Shown piece by piece: positions 10,901 to 23,984 of a stretch of 64,000 bases of DNA. A program made the translations under genes and the position numbers. The stretch spans positions 1-64,000 of the forward strand of contig NW_025765275.1 of assembly GCF_003918875.1 (NCBI RefSeq), given 5' to 3'. Each line of letters opens with the position of its first letter. Position 1 is the first letter of the stretch. The DNA comes from Haliotis rubra. Lineage: Eukaryota. The notes beneath the pieces were generated by a model, which searched no databases, had not been told where the DNA came from, and saw nothing but the letters and a program-made list of their open reading frames with translations.

Positions 10901-13900
10901 AGCCTAGTGGTATGGACGTCACGTCTAAACCAGGTGAACCAGCATAAATGCATACAACTGTAAAATCTCTCTCCTTCAACTCCCTAATCAGCTTCGACAA
11001 CGATGACATTGAGCTTTGATCGCTGCCTAACTAACCCGAGACATTTGATAGCAAATCCTTTTATTGAAACATTTAAATAGGATTTGATCCGCAATATACA
11101 TTTTGATGTTCGAAATTCGTTAAAAAACGGCGACATGATAATTGACTCAGCTCAGGTACAGCGAAAATTATTTTGACATCTTAAAATTGTTCCAACCTGT
11201 GAATGTGTAAGGCATGCCTTACCTATATGTCTGAAATTATCCGATGTGGACTAGTACAGAGTTTAGCAATGCTTTCTTTCAAGGCACTGGAACAATCTCT
11301 GCAGCTCAGAGCAGCGTGATAGCTGTCTTGTCGCGGGGTCCAGTTGGGATTGGTGACCAGATCGGACATACCAATTCTTCCATCATCAATAGGTAGTTAC
11401 TGTTTCATCTATCGCCTCCCATCAATGATAATAATTATGCACAAATGGCCTGAAAAGTGAAACAAGGGGTTTCTGTTTCCCATCAAGATGTAAATGTAGG
11501 TGTCTTCAACGAGACTGAATTTAATTCTTCTCCGTATATGTAAGTAAATTTTCTGTCCCTTTTGACAACCTGAACCAGGAAAAACACATATATAAAGCAA
11601 TATCCGGAACATATGAATGTCCCCAGCACCAAGTTGTCCAACTGTTCTTGGTGCCTTAGGTTTAGTACCTCCCAGTCTCTTGGTGCCTTAGGTTTAGTAC
11701 CTCCCAGTCTCTTGGTGCCTTGGGTTTAGTACCTCCCAGTCTCTTGGTGCCTTGGGTTTAGTACCTCCCAGGCCATGTTTATGACTGACTCTCTCACGTT
11801 GTCTAGTAGAATGCCTGTATTTCCATCTAGTGACTCTCATCTCACTCTCTCACCTCTAGTAGGCCATGTTTATGACACTCTCATGTCTGTAGAAGCCTAT
11901 TTCCATCTAGTGACTCTCATCTCACTCTCACCTCTAGTAGGCCATGTTTATGACACTCTCATGTCTGTAGAAGCCTATTTCCATCTAGTGACTCTCATCT
12001 CACTCTCATCTCTAGTAGGCCATGTTTATGACACTCTCATGTCTGTAGAAGCCTATTTCCATCTAGTGACTCTCATCTCACTCTCATCTCTAGTAGGCCA
12101 TGTTTATGACACTCTCATGTCTGTAGAAGCCTATTTCCATCTAGTGACTCTCATCTCACTCTCACCTCTAGTAGGCCATGTTTATGACACTCTCATGTCT
12201 GTAGAAGCCTATTTCCATCTAGTGACTCTCATCTCACTCTCATCTCTAGTAGGCCATGTTTATGACACTCTCATGTCTGTAGAAGCCTATTTCCATCTAG
12301 TGACTCTCATCTCACTCTCATCTCTAGTAGGCCCATGACACTATCACTGTAGAAGCCTATTTGTCATCTAGAAGCCTATTTCCATCTAGTGACTCTCATG
12401 TCTGTAGAAACCTATTTCCATCTAGTGACTCTCATCTCTAGTCCATTAGGCCATGTTTATGACACTCTCATGTCTGTAGAAGCCTATTTCCATCTAGTGA
12501 CTCTCATCTCACTCCATGTTCATCTCTCATGTAGGCCATGTTTATGACACTCTCATGTCTGTAGAAGCCCTATTTCCATCTAGTGACTCTCATCTCACTC
12601 TCACCTCTAGTAGGCCATGTTTATGACACTCTGAACATGTTTGTAGAAGCCTATTTCCATCTAGTGACTCTCATCTCATCTTAAGCGATCTCACCTCTAG
12701 TAAATTAAGGAACACAAAGCTTCACCAATCTGTTGAGAGACTTACTTGCTAAGGGTGCAACTCACAGGTCTCTACGATTCAACTCTGTTAACTTTTACAT
12801 CAGTTGCTATGTTTTAAAGATCACATGGTCATATCAGTAGCACATAATGTACCCGTTGAGGTGAAGAGCGCTTGTCTTGTCTGCAGGTTCAGTCAAAGGT
12901 GATGACGTTTTAACACGTGTTTATCAAAATATGCTGCTGCCTGTTTAAGAAAGTAAAATTGCAAATGCCGTCCACTATGTACCAGATGACATTTCAAGAT
13001 GGCAGCGGCCGAAACGCCGACATCTGGGCGACACTCACCGGCGTGTATAAGGGTGGGTCAGCCCCGGAACAGGTGTACGGGATTATCTATGTTTCCGGCT
13101 TGAACAGGACCTTTAACATCACCCCGACGGCAGCCAATATTGGGTTTGAAGTGAGTATGCCGTACGTATTTAAAGGGACATTCGGCGCGAAGAAAGCGCA
13201 AGTCCCAGCCAGTATGATTCAAGTAGTTTAAACATCACGTACGTCATCAGTGATGTATCATACCTGTAAAGAATGCGTTAAGTTACGAATGTGAGACGAC
13301 TTGCACTTTAGATTATGCATGTTGTATCGACGGTTCAATTTTATATGCATATTGGTCTATCAAGCAAATAAATTCCTACCCAAAACGATACTTAAATTGG
13401 CACGTGGCAGTACTTCAATACCTCAAACATTAGCTGGAAATTGTGTGTTTCCAATGATTGCTCTTCAAATGGATTAATATCAGTTGGGTATGAGTTACCT
13501 CTGTTAAGTATTCCACACTTGGTACTTAATCCTCATCAATGAGATCGGGTAACAGCACGTTGAACGTATTTCAGGTACATGTAGATACAGAGCGATGGGA
13601 TAGCCTTGTGACTGAAGCGTTGGTTTGTTACGTTCACCTTCTGTGGTGTGCCATGGGTCCTGGAATGAAGGAAAATCACCGAAGCAACAATTAATGTCGG
13701 TACATCAGAAAATGGTGCTTCCAATGCCTCAATCTTCAGGCTTCAGCACCTACACATATTTACTGTTGCAGTACCCAGTGAGCAAGATCTTCTCTGCAGC
13801 TGATCCAACAAAGCAGTACGACTTCAGCGACAGCAAACCCTTCACCATCCCGCCATGCCAACTGGAATTCTGCATGTACTATACGTCACCAGTTATAAAA

Positions 13901-14732
13901 TATAAGTAAGGCACCTATTGTTCATATTTCGCAAAAGTCAGCTTTCCAGATTGATATGCAAATACGTCTCTTGTGAATTAAGAACATCCAAGAACATTAA
14001 GAGCTATCTACAGCACCAACTTCAAGGTAACGTGTTAACTGTTCTTATCAGTTATGTATGTTTCACGAGGTAAACAGGAAAATATAAAGGAAATATACAT
14101 TTGTATCATCTTCCGTAGAAATCTGTTTTTTGAACATGGGACTTAAATATATTCCGTTAAATTCCACCAAATTCCGTAGATGTTTGTTGGCGGTGGGCGG
14201 TGTTATCCACATGGGTGCAGTATGTGAAGTTCACATCTAGTGTCCCCGACAGCGATAATGGTCTCAGCTCCATCTTTCTGCTCACTGATTTCACCCAAGT
14301 GTTAAATGTCTAAGATCTGAATCACTCCCATCTTTCCTTCCACATCAGTCTGACAGGCCGTTATGTAACTGAAATACTGTTGTACGCTGCAGTAAACACT
14401 TACCCGCATTGACTATTTGTTGCAGAAATAGAGAAGTTCTCGTCCTGGGTGAATTGGAAAAGTGGGTACCAATGTCTCACAACAGGATCGTTAATGTCAC
14501 CGTCGGCGACGTCATCACTGTCCACGTCAAGGGTCAGGCGGGAGAGAGTGTTGAGATGTGGTTTGCCGATGATGTACGGTTCGGTGCTTTGAAAACTATT
14601 ATAGGGACAGACGGCCTGGGTAGTATCATATATGAAATAAAATCTCATCCTGTTAACAACTCTGACCTCAGAAGAGCTTCAACGGTTGCTGTTGTCATGG
14701 GTATCCTAGCAACAATGATGCTCATGATGTAA
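4949..14732 (+). CDS. Copy 1 (5'-partial) of a secreted, putatively GPI-anchored clan GH-D (GH36/raffinose-synthase-like) glycoside-hydrolase-like gene; exons 4-13 and 15-17 present, exon 14 absent
   Basis: Exons read by hand: 4949-5186, 6662-6761, 7532-7628, 8136-8231, 8696-8746, 9035-9119, 9642-9701, 10146-10322, 10676-10802, 11284-11392, (exon 14 missing), 12986-13150, 13772-13905, 14426-14732. Phases are compatible except across the missing exon. Motifs: LGYWTDEGSYYF, YVELDTWWF, FPNGI, WGLATYIQD, GPVGIGDQIG, GELEKWVPMS, and a hydrophobic C-terminal tail. Exons 1-3 are not in the window. Confidence 0.8.
5481..5825 (-). mobile_element. Full-length tRNA-derived SINE with 13-bp TSD, intron 4 of copy 1
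   Basis: TSD gtcttcaacagga at 5468-5480 and 5826-5838. The minus-strand head has A-box tggtgtagtgg and B-box ggttcgatcc. Confidence 0.88.
6992..7100 (-). mobile_element. Decayed short SINE in intron 5 (also at about 28157-28290 and 53474-53607)
   Basis: tttagcaatatttcggcaatat ... ggcttcacacattgtacccatgtggggaaccg. Confidence 0.65.
7351..7545. repeat. 30-bp tandem repeat running into exon 6, about 6 units in copy 1 (2 units in copy 2 at 28533-28592)
   Basis: Unit cctactgtttccatgtcaaggcgtcaacgt. Confidence 0.9.
11647..11770. repeat. 32-bp tandem repeat, about 4 units in copy 1 (1 unit in copy 2 at about 34303)
   Basis: Unit tcttggtgccttaggtttagtacctcccagtc. Confidence 0.9.
11770..12700. repeat. 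78-bp minisatellite, about 12 units with a garbled 3' part, intron 13 of copy 1
   Basis: Unit ctagtaggccatgtttatgacactctcatgtctgtagaagcctatttccatctagtgactctcatctcactctcacct; it produces the spurious 26-aa-repeat ORF 11775-12338. Confidence 0.95.
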
Positions 14733-17702
14733 GACGAAACTGACTGCATTGTTGCTGGTTGGTCGACACAAGGCCAAAACTCCATCTCATCTCATTGGGT
14801 TAATTCTGTATTAATAAGCAGTTACATTTTGATGGTATACTACTTTTTCCTTTAATGTGACAGAGATATCCGTACCGTTCGATTGGGTGTTTTTGTTCTT
14901 TTAAAGCTTGGTGCGGATTTGAACTGAACCATTCTGTCCTTCCAAAGTCGGCACAAACAAAGCTCTCGTTCATACAGGTCCTGACACAACTGAAGAGTAT
15001 CAGGCATTGTGCAATACATTTACCATTCTAGATTTCTTCACTTGTTCTGGGCTACTTTCTATTACATACAAAAGTTAACATATTATGACCTAACATATCT
15101 TTTCCAAGCCTGTGAATGATGCACAATTAGTACCTGCTTTGGTACTAATTTTTCGTAATAAACTATCGGAATCTGTGACCACAAAAACATCTCCCAAAAC
15201 AAAATGTGCAACTGTCAATGATCACCTGTATCACACGGAATCAGCTCCATGCGAAATGCATAATGCCAAGGTATATGTTTGGTGGGAAATGTTTTCTATG
15301 GGACTAATTCCCCCGAGAAGATGTTTACAAAGGATGTTTACCGCTATGGTAACAGATACTCTTTGGCACCGTCCCTTTGAATTGGTGCGTAAGTGTTCCT
15401 CTCCTATGCATTAATTGTTTGGCCTGTCGAAAATCAGAAAGTTTTGTCACACACACATAACTATAACACCTTTGTTCACTTGGCTTGTTTTGTTTGGAAG
15501 AATGTATCAGAATGTATGGTGTTTGCTATGTACCTGGGCCGTAAGATAGTCGTAAGTTTATGTTAATGTAAGGCACTTACGACTATCTCAGCGCTTAGAG
15601 AGCTTCGAAAATCTGGGCCCTGACCAAACAAGAATTGTGTGTGGGACCGAAAGTTTAACTCGGTTTACATTGAGTTCCGTGTAAGAAATTAACATGGTTA
15701 CTTTTTTATGGTAAAGTTTTTATTAAATCAATGTTTGGTTTGGGAAGGTTCCGCTCTAATGTTATGCTAATCGATCGACCGTTTAGTCGAGGATCCAGAC
15801 TGGCAGATACTTTACAGCAGGTCACTTTAACATGTTGTACAGTTCCGGTGGTGAGATCACTGCGGGGTGATCCAGGAAACCGTTGTATCAAAGCCTTGTA
15901 AGCGATAGGCTGTTCTAAGCCCTGAATGGTTCCATCTTCATGTTTCATTACTTTATGGTATCAACAAAATGGGTTGTTCAAATCGGTTATTGAACTGCCA
16001 GATTGCCAATAATGTGTCATTAGATTTGTATATTCACATATTATTGTCCGACAAATCCGCTTCAGAAACAATCACTTTCTCCTTTCTTTCTTCTTCAAAG
16101 TGGTATGAGTTTTTACGATTCTTCCTACTTGCCAAATGTATCTCTTCTGACAATCTTTTGGTAATTTACTTATGGTGTTCACAAAAATGCAAAGCAACAC
16201 ATACAGCCATGTGCTTGCACTAACGAAGCCTGTCTCCATCTTAGCGCATATTATCGTTCATGTTTTGTATAAAGCCTCCTGTTACGTTAGTGCCACGCTG
16301 AGGTATGGATGGTGTCATTGAAAGTTTGAAATAATGTATGTATTGTGTTTCCAGAATTAATGGGGGGTTTACAACTTGATAGTGAAACATTTTAGTTTTT
16401 ATCTTGCCTTCATGTAAAATACTTTAATTTCATTGGTCAATGACGCTTTAACAAGTTTCCGTGTCACCAATCCCAGGAGGGTGACAACTGGAAAAAATAT
16501 TACCCGCTGCCACGGTTACCGCTAATCTCTCCATCGAGAAGCTGTATCGCTAACAATCGTATGACGTCATAACATGACGCATACAGTGCACGGAGTTCGA
16601 AACCTGTTTGCGTCATGTTTTTGAGTCCACTATGTACACATTTATTTTACCGGCTTTCAGTTCTTTATTTAATTACTATTTTATATATTGGATCGTTTTG
16701 CACACTCAACGTAAACATAATTAACCATTTTTATGGCAATTTTTAGAACTTATCGATCTTCAAAATAAAATGATATTTTGTACATTTAACATGGCGGTAA
16801 GATAAATACGTTGTAAACGGCTCGGATGACACTACTACAATGAAGCGTACATCAGACCGTATTACGCTCGAGAGAAGCATACAACTTATAGCATCAACCC
16901 TTCCCATGTCATATTACTGCTATGAAATGTACGTTTGGCGTCAGATCAAACCTTGCCATGACAAGGATCTCTTTTTATATTAAGGCTTGTACAATAACAA
17001 TCTGGTGACAAGGGCTTTAAGATGTGAGTATGTATGAAAATGATTTCAATGTGTACCTTTGTCACGTGCGACGACTTGCGGTTTGGTCGGGTAACCATAC
17101 AGACTGTATACTGAATGTGTTTGATGCTATTGTATGTAACATGCACTGTAAGAAGACATGACATTGAAGAAGCGATGAAGGTTTGACCCTTAAGGGGTTT
17201 GATATGCACTGTGGGCAATAAGAGAAGACGTCAAAAGCTTTCTTAAACCATTGGTTATCATATATTTACCTTCGTTTTGATTATTTTCTATCACCTTTCA
17301 TAATTATTGCATCCAGTTAGAATGCGTTGTATTCAAATATATGTGTCTTGATCTTTATAATAAAGCTAACAAATATCACCACGTGTTTAACGGTACCCAA
17401 ACCTTAGCCTTTCACGCGGGCTGTGAAAGTTGAGCCTCCATCGGGAATTATTCAGTAGAACATTGTTTGTTTGCTTATTGTTGTCAGTTGCTGTCAGCAA
17501 GGTTCCCGCTGTATTACGACGCTCCGTACACAATCGACTATTAAAAGCCAACTAGTGGTTTCGGTATCTTTAACAACTCCCACATCGCGGATACGATGGC
17601 AAGAGATGACTGAGCACATACCAAGACCATCCGATGTTCTTAAGTCGGCTCTTTCCACCTGCATGGCAACGACGAGCCATGGATATATCAGTAGATGTAT
17701 AC

Positions 17703-17753
17703 TATGGCTGCAATATTGCCGATGTGACGTTAAATAATAACTCACTCACTCAC
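17703..17753 (+). mobile_element. 51-bp retroposon 3' stub with (CTCA)n tail and 15-bp TSD, private to unit 1
   Basis: TSD tcagtagatgtatac at 17688-17702 and 17754-17768; empty site at about 42519-42533. Confidence 0.8.
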
Positions 17754-19291
17754 TCAGTAGATGTATACACATTTCACACCTTGTGGTGGCACAATTGTAC
17801 CTGATGGTCAATCGTTTGAATGGTTGCGTTATCCCAAATCACGTCAAGAGTTGGTAATTGTTTCACATGGATACTCCTCTCAGACACAGTGTAGTGAGTC
17901 CGGACAGACAAGTCATGTTCATGCCTTGCGTCACGCAGGATATAGCAGGGGGTGGGGGTAAGTACAGGACAGGCAGTTGCTGGCAACGAATTATTAACTG
18001 AAATACCTTTAGACGTCTTTACGATCAGCAATTTCCACAACTCAACAAACACCGCATTTGATGTTGTGGTAAGCTACAAGCAAGGTTGAAGAAACTCACA
18101 TGCTATAAATTGTTTCATATTTCAAAGTTATTTTCTGAACATTTGACTCTTTTTTAAGTTGCTGGCCAAATGAGAGAGTGAGTGAGTGAATGATGCTTTG
18201 ACCCGCATCAGCACTTTTGCAGCTATACTGTGCAAGCGTCTCAAACGTTTACCAAATCTATGAGAAGTAAAAAAGAATATAATCCAAACATCTATCATTA
18301 CTTTACTGGGACTTTGTTGATAAAATAAAACTGCAACTTTCAAATTATGCTGGGCAGGAATTGCCCAGTTGTCTCAGGCGCTAAAACATGTTGTGCAGAG
18401 TTGGGTTCCTTGGACTGACCAGAACGCCATGTTTGTAGCTTACATTCTGTCATGTCATGTCCTTTTCCTAGATGTTTTCAGCAACATATCATGCTACTAC
18501 GTGATTAACGTTTTAGATCCACATCACTTCCTTCCCCAACGAGACATGACATACTGTGTTCCGCTTGTCAATTGAAACTGTAGGATGTTCATAGAACGAT
18601 GAAAAAAGATTCTGAAGCAAAGAAAACAAAACAAAAAACATCAATTTGAATGCTGTCATGCTTAAATTATTTTTGTCATCTCTGAATACATTATGTCATC
18701 AACAAAGTAGTTCTTGAAAGGCATTTAGAAGTTTATGACAAACATAAATATAGGACACGTTGTATAGATAACGTCTTTTTATTCTTTACACGACGTTCAA
18801 AGTTAATTCTTGCTCCTTCATCAGAAGAATGAATTATCGTGAGAAAGAATAAAAAGAAGTTGTTTTCATAAAACATGTCATGTATTCATCAACAGAGTAG
18901 TCAGTAAACGATATGTTTATACCTAACTAAAACAACGATGGAAATCCACGTCTACATATTTGACAATGATCAACGTATCCAACCTATGGGACAAGAAATC
19001 CTTACGCCTATGAACCTTTCTGCGTATCTTACATCCCATGGAGGAGATAAACATTAGTTTTTCATTCGGTCGATGGACGCTTCCTTTCACATGTACAACC
19101 ACACAGATCATGTTCCACTGTGTCTTAAACAAATGTATGCAGCGTAATAAAATCTCCCTCCTCTTTTGGGAGCATGTACAAATGTACGGCACTTCGCGAG
19201 ACCTTAGTACTTCCGGTGACAAACAACGTTTCATACCTTTTCGAATGGTCACATCAAATCCTTGAAGGGCATTTAGAAGTAGAATGCATGA

Positions 19292-19435
19292 GAAAAGCAA
19301 GATTTATGGATGTCAACTTCTTTATTGTGAATAACACCACGTTTCGGAGCTTATGCTTGCTCCTTCACCCGAAACGCTCGAAAAACGTCGTATTATTAAC
19401 AATAAAGAAGTTTACATCCATAAATCTTGCTTTTC
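19292..19435. repeat. 144-bp imperfect palindrome, Penelope-type remnant (duplicate at 44087-44230)
   Basis: Arms gaaaagcaagatttatggatgtcaacttctttattgt and acaataaagaagtttacatccataaatcttgcttttc, around gtttcggagc...gctccttca...ccgaaacg. Confidence 0.7.
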
Positions 19436-19619
19436 GAATGGTCCCATGGTTCTCAGTTGACAGTAAGGAAGCGATAATCATTGCAGGAATAACAAATTTC
19501 CGATCTAACCATCCCCACATTAGCCAACTGTTACGACTATCAACAGCTGGGACCAGACAAGTATGGTTGTACACGTGGTTCGGTCTAGTAAAGTCATATT
19601 TGGCCGTCGCAAACTGGTT

Positions 19620-20620
19620 CATGCTAGAAACAACTACGTCTTACAAATACTTAGGAGTTTATTTTACAAACCACCTACCGTGGTCCTTACATGTCAGAAA
19701 TGCATCGATGCAAGCAAAGAAAATACTAATTGGTATTATTAGATATATTTATATTTTAGGTGACTTGTCACACAAATCATTTTTTAGAATGTTTGATGCT
19801 AAGATTAGTCCCATACTTCTATATGGTTCTGAGATTTGGGGAGTCCAAACATTTCATACACTAGAAAAAGAACATTTGTACGCAATTAAAATATTTCTCG
19901 GTGTGAAAGTTACTACTTCAAACATAATGGGTTATGGTGAATGTGGTAGAAAGCAGTAAAATATTAGTTAAAACTCTTAAATATGCCATCTTACAGATTA
20001 CCCAAAAATGTTACAATATGATGATTTTGTACGATAGAAATCATTATGGAAAACGTGATTAGGTCACAGATGTTAAAAATTTACTATTCCTTCCGGTTTC
20101 GATAATATATTGCTAGAACAGTGTATAGAGTTGCATCCAAATTTTCTCATGTCCACTAAACAAAGGTTACAATATATATCTGTATCAAATAAATGTTTTT
20201 ATTACAGAATGTTTAAGCAATCGATATACAATAAAACCTATTTATCATCTTTACATGTTCGGAAATATTTGATAATAGAAACGTATATATATTGGAATAA
20301 GAAAAGAAGATGGAATATGTAAAATGTGTGATTTGAATCTAATTGAAGATGTATATCATTTTCATTGTGTCTGTGCAGCCTACCACACTTTGAGAAATAA
20401 GAATATTAAGAACTATTACTTTGTACATCAGAATATTTATAAATTTATATCTCTATTAACCTATTCTAGCAAGGAACACCTTGAAACATTGTCAATTTTT
20501 CAGTATCATGCCTTTCTACACAGAAAAAAAGTACTCTCTCAACTGCCTAATAATAATAGTGTCTGTATACATGTACTATAGGCCTGTGACATATTAAGTG
20601 CAAATAAAGATTGATTGAAC
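19620..20620 (+). mobile_element. 5'-truncated degenerate LINE 3' end (RTE-X/L2-like; clade uncertain), unit 1
   Basis: YKYLGVYF, FDAKISPILLYGSEIWG, GECGR and a C-terminal CxxC...EDxYHFxxxCxxYxxLR; ends aataaagattgattga. Confidence 0.8.
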
Positions 20621-21031
20621 TGGCTATTGAATATACGTTTGTGACCAGAAATCTGGTACTGGCAGTAAGCTGGGTCCCGTCTCGCACATCGCAAGTTGGC
20701 GCCGTCAAAGGGCCCCGGGAACCAGCTAAATACCGGAAGTAGCGCCTCGCGAGACTTACAGGCCCTATTTCACTTTTGGGCATGACCAAGTAGAGTAGGA
20801 TATATCTTCTAATTTACTAACTTCTGTTTATGAGTTGTGACAAACCTTATACTTTCCTTATGATCCGCAGGAGAACACCAACCAACATGTCCACAAAACG
20901 TCGCATTACCTCACAAAATATTCTGTTCCACCATACACATTCCACATTTTCAATACACCAGCCCCCTTAACCAATCTTTATCAACACCACTGAAACTATG
21001 ACGGTTTGATAAGGGCTGCTTTTGGTTATGG

Positions 21032-21041
21032 GTCACGTGAT
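21032..21041. promoter_or_regulatory. E-box / CLEAR-like motif GTCACGTGAT about 125 bp upstream of the start codon (duplicate at 45819-45828)
   Basis: 9/10 match to GTCACGTGAC, with CCAAT (about 20971) and GATA (about 21007) motifs just upstream. Function is untested. Confidence 0.35.
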
Positions 21042-21817
21042 TATCGGACCGCTATACTACACGTTGTGCAGCTGTACTTTGTCCTGTACGAGATGAAATA
21101 CGAGGTGACTAAGGTGGCAGATAACGCCTACATCGAAACAACATCGGTTCCCGCAACTAAATCATGGCTGGCTACTGGTCCGGTGCTGTACTACTCTGTG
21201 TGTGTTTTACCTGCTTCCCAATTACAGGTACGTTATGTCTGTCGTGTCACAGATAATATTATCAATATATTCCTACGTGTTCTGAAACAAGTCATGTTGA
21301 TTACTGTTATCTCAATCCCGTGAAATAGGGTCTAGAACTGTGGCCTATATGTTCACAGTGTCACCTGTGACAGATAATATGTGTTGAATATGATACTGAT
21401 TGTCAAAGAGACCCTGGAATGTCACAAAGAAATCATTAACTTGTAACAAATAAGAAGATCCACGTCAATACACATATCTTTACATGTAAACTAACGACGG
21501 AAGACTAGAGAATGATACTTATTTAACATTCGAGTTACCGTAAAACACCGTTGTGTCGAACTTATTACTGTCAGGAAATATAATTGTGGTCCCTTCGTAT
21601 GCTTTCTTTATTCATCATTTTCGGCTTAGTCAAATGTTGCAATACTCAAAGTATTTATGTTGGTCGCTTCAAATGTGCCGCCTTCGAGTGCTCGACTGAA
21701 ATTAGAAATATATTTCCAAACAGTGCCGCTACATGTGTTGGATTCAAAAGCTAGTTATAATATGAGGTTTTGGGGCTGGCGTATGCAAAGGTGAAATACC
21801 AGCGTCACCCAGATACA

Positions 21818-22800
21818 AGTGAGATGTAAGTGGGTTTATTGTTACACTGACGGCAAGACTGAGATGTAGGTGGGTTTATTGTTACACTGACGACAAGAGT
21901 GAGATGTAGGTGGGTTCATTGTTACACTGACGGCAAGACTGAGATGTAGATGGGTTTATTGTTACACTGACGGCAAGAGTGAGATGTAGGTGGGTATATT
22001 GTTACACTGACGGCAAGAGTGAGATGTAGGTGGGTTTATTGTTACACTGACGGCAAGAGTGAGATGTAAGTGGGTTTATTGTTACACTGACGGCAAGACT
22101 GAGATGTAGGTGGGTTTATTGTTACACTGACGACAAGAGTGAGATGTAGGTGGGTTTATTGTTACACTGACGGCAAGACTGAGATGTAGATGGGTTTATT
22201 GTTACACTGACGGCAAGAGTGAGATGTAGGTGGGTATATTGTTACACTGACGGCAAGAGTGAGATGTAGGTGGGTTTATTGTAACACTGAGGGTGAGAGT
22301 GAGATGTAGGTGGGTTTATTGTTACACTGACGGCAAGAGTGAGATGTAGGTGGGTTTATTGTTACACTGACGGCAAGAGTGAGATGTAGGTGGGTTTATT
22401 GTTACACTGACGGCAAGAGTGAGATGTAGGTGGGCTTATTGTTGCACTGACGGCAAGAGTGAGATGTAGCTGGGTTTATTGTAAGACTGACGGCAAGAGT
22501 GAGATGTAGGTGGCTTTATTGTTACACTGACGGCAAGAGTGAGATGTAGGTGGGTTTATTGTAACACTGAGGGTGACAGTGAGATGTAGGTGGGTTTATT
22601 GTTGCACTGACGGCAAGAGTGAGATGTAGGTGGCTTTATTGTTACACTGACGGTGAGAGTGAGATGCAGGTCGGTTTATTGTTACACTGACGGCAAGAGT
22701 GAGATGTAGGTGGGTTTATTGTTACACTGACGGTGAGAGTGAGATGTAGGTGGGTTTATTGTTACACTGACGGTGAGAGTGAGATGTAGGTGGGTTTATA
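21818..22800. repeat. 40-bp minisatellite, about 24 units, intron 1 of copy 2
   Basis: Unit gagtgagatgtaggtgggtttattgttacactgacggcaa, perfectly periodic, no spacers. Confidence 0.97.
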
Positions 22801-23819
22801 GTTTATTAATCGTAATTATCCAAGAGACATATTTCAGGGACAGGGACGTCCACATTTCTCCCTAACTAATAAAACGGAGGTTACTCGTGGAAGAGATCAG
22901 ACTAATCATTGGTTGACAATTCATCTTGTCGATTGTCTTTGACAGCGGTTGGTTTCAGCCATCTTGGATAACAGCGGTTATACTCTGGTTATACCAGGCT
23001 GTACATTTGTTCATGGTTTGTTTATCACTGACCCTTGTCAAGGCCGATTATGGCTTTGATCCCTCAGATCTTTTGTTTCTGTTTGCTTCTGATAATAGAA
23101 CTGTGTACAATATTTTCTTAGTTAATGACATCCGATCTCAGGAGCACAGCTCTGTGACACCTCGCGTCTTCCCTTGTTGTACTGTTGTAGTGCCTCCGGC
23201 TCTTCAGCGTGACGACCAAACACTTTAACTACTAGGCTACCCCACCGCCCTCTAAATTAGAACTCGGTCGCATATCCTGTTTGTAAAGATGATCTTCATA
23301 CAACTTCTGGTGTTGACTTGATGTGAGATGAGAGAGGCACAACCTTCCCACTTGTGTAGCGTCTTCTGGATTACTCTGCATCTGCTACGATTACAGGTAC
23401 ACTTGATTCCACAAACATCAACATGTAGTAACTTCCAAACCAGTGTTTACATTGTAACGCGTTCCTGACAGCTAGGTTTATCAGAAACGAAGTGCTAAAA
23501 CGTTTGGTTCCAACTCTACAGTGGGACTGTTTCAAGTAGGAACCACAATAGGTATATCTCCTACATCGGGTGTTTACTGTGTGTAACCTTTACCTTAACA
23601 TTTCATGATGTCCCGATGGTAAGGACTTCTTGCATCAACCAACGCACTTGCTCAGAGAGTCGTGATTTATTACAAAGCTAAATAACCTGCCTCCTTTTCA
23701 GATTGTGGTAAACATTTCCTACTTGTTTGGTTTATCCAGTGTTGATGATTACCGGGGCGATAGCATGAAGTTAGTCTGGCTCACAGTTATTTGTCCTTCC
23801 GTGAAGTCCTTTGTGTAAT

Positions 23820-23984
23820 GGGGCCGATAGCCCTTTGGTTAAAGCCTCCGCTAGTAACTCTGAAGACCCGGTTTCTATTCCCCACATGGATATACAATGT
23901 GTGAAGCCCATTTCTGGTGTGCCCCACTGTGATATTGCTGGAATATTGCTAAAAGCGGCGTAAAACCATACTCACTCACTCACC
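23820..23984 (+). mobile_element. Older copy of the short tRNA-derived SINE (intron 1, copy 2; duplicate at about 48525-48697)
   Basis: gaagacccggtttctattccccacatgg ... gatattgctggaatattgctaaaagcggcgtaaaacc followed by (ctca)n. Confidence 0.8.

Noticed and set aside
11775-12338. 187-aa ORF with a 26-aa repeat
   Set aside because: By-product of the 78-bp minisatellite; it lies in intron 13 and is not listed as an ORF in the other copies.
13625-13771. 5' extensions of ORF-track calls around exons (e.g. upstream of exons 15 and 16)
   Set aside because: They extend past clear acceptors into intron sequence; conservation merely reflects recent duplication.
19174-19959. 261-aa ORF as a host gene
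   Set aside because: Chance fusion of the palindrome with a LINE fragment; it is split by a frameshift in the duplicate (43969-44753).
21006-21323. 105-aa ORF as the first coding exon
   Set aside because: Its frame is incompatible with exon 2. The ATG at 21164, in another frame, gives a signal peptide and the correct phase.
21818-22800. Regular 40-bp array as a possible CRISPR
   Set aside because: Units are contiguous with no unique spacers, there are no cas genes, and it lies in a eukaryotic intron.
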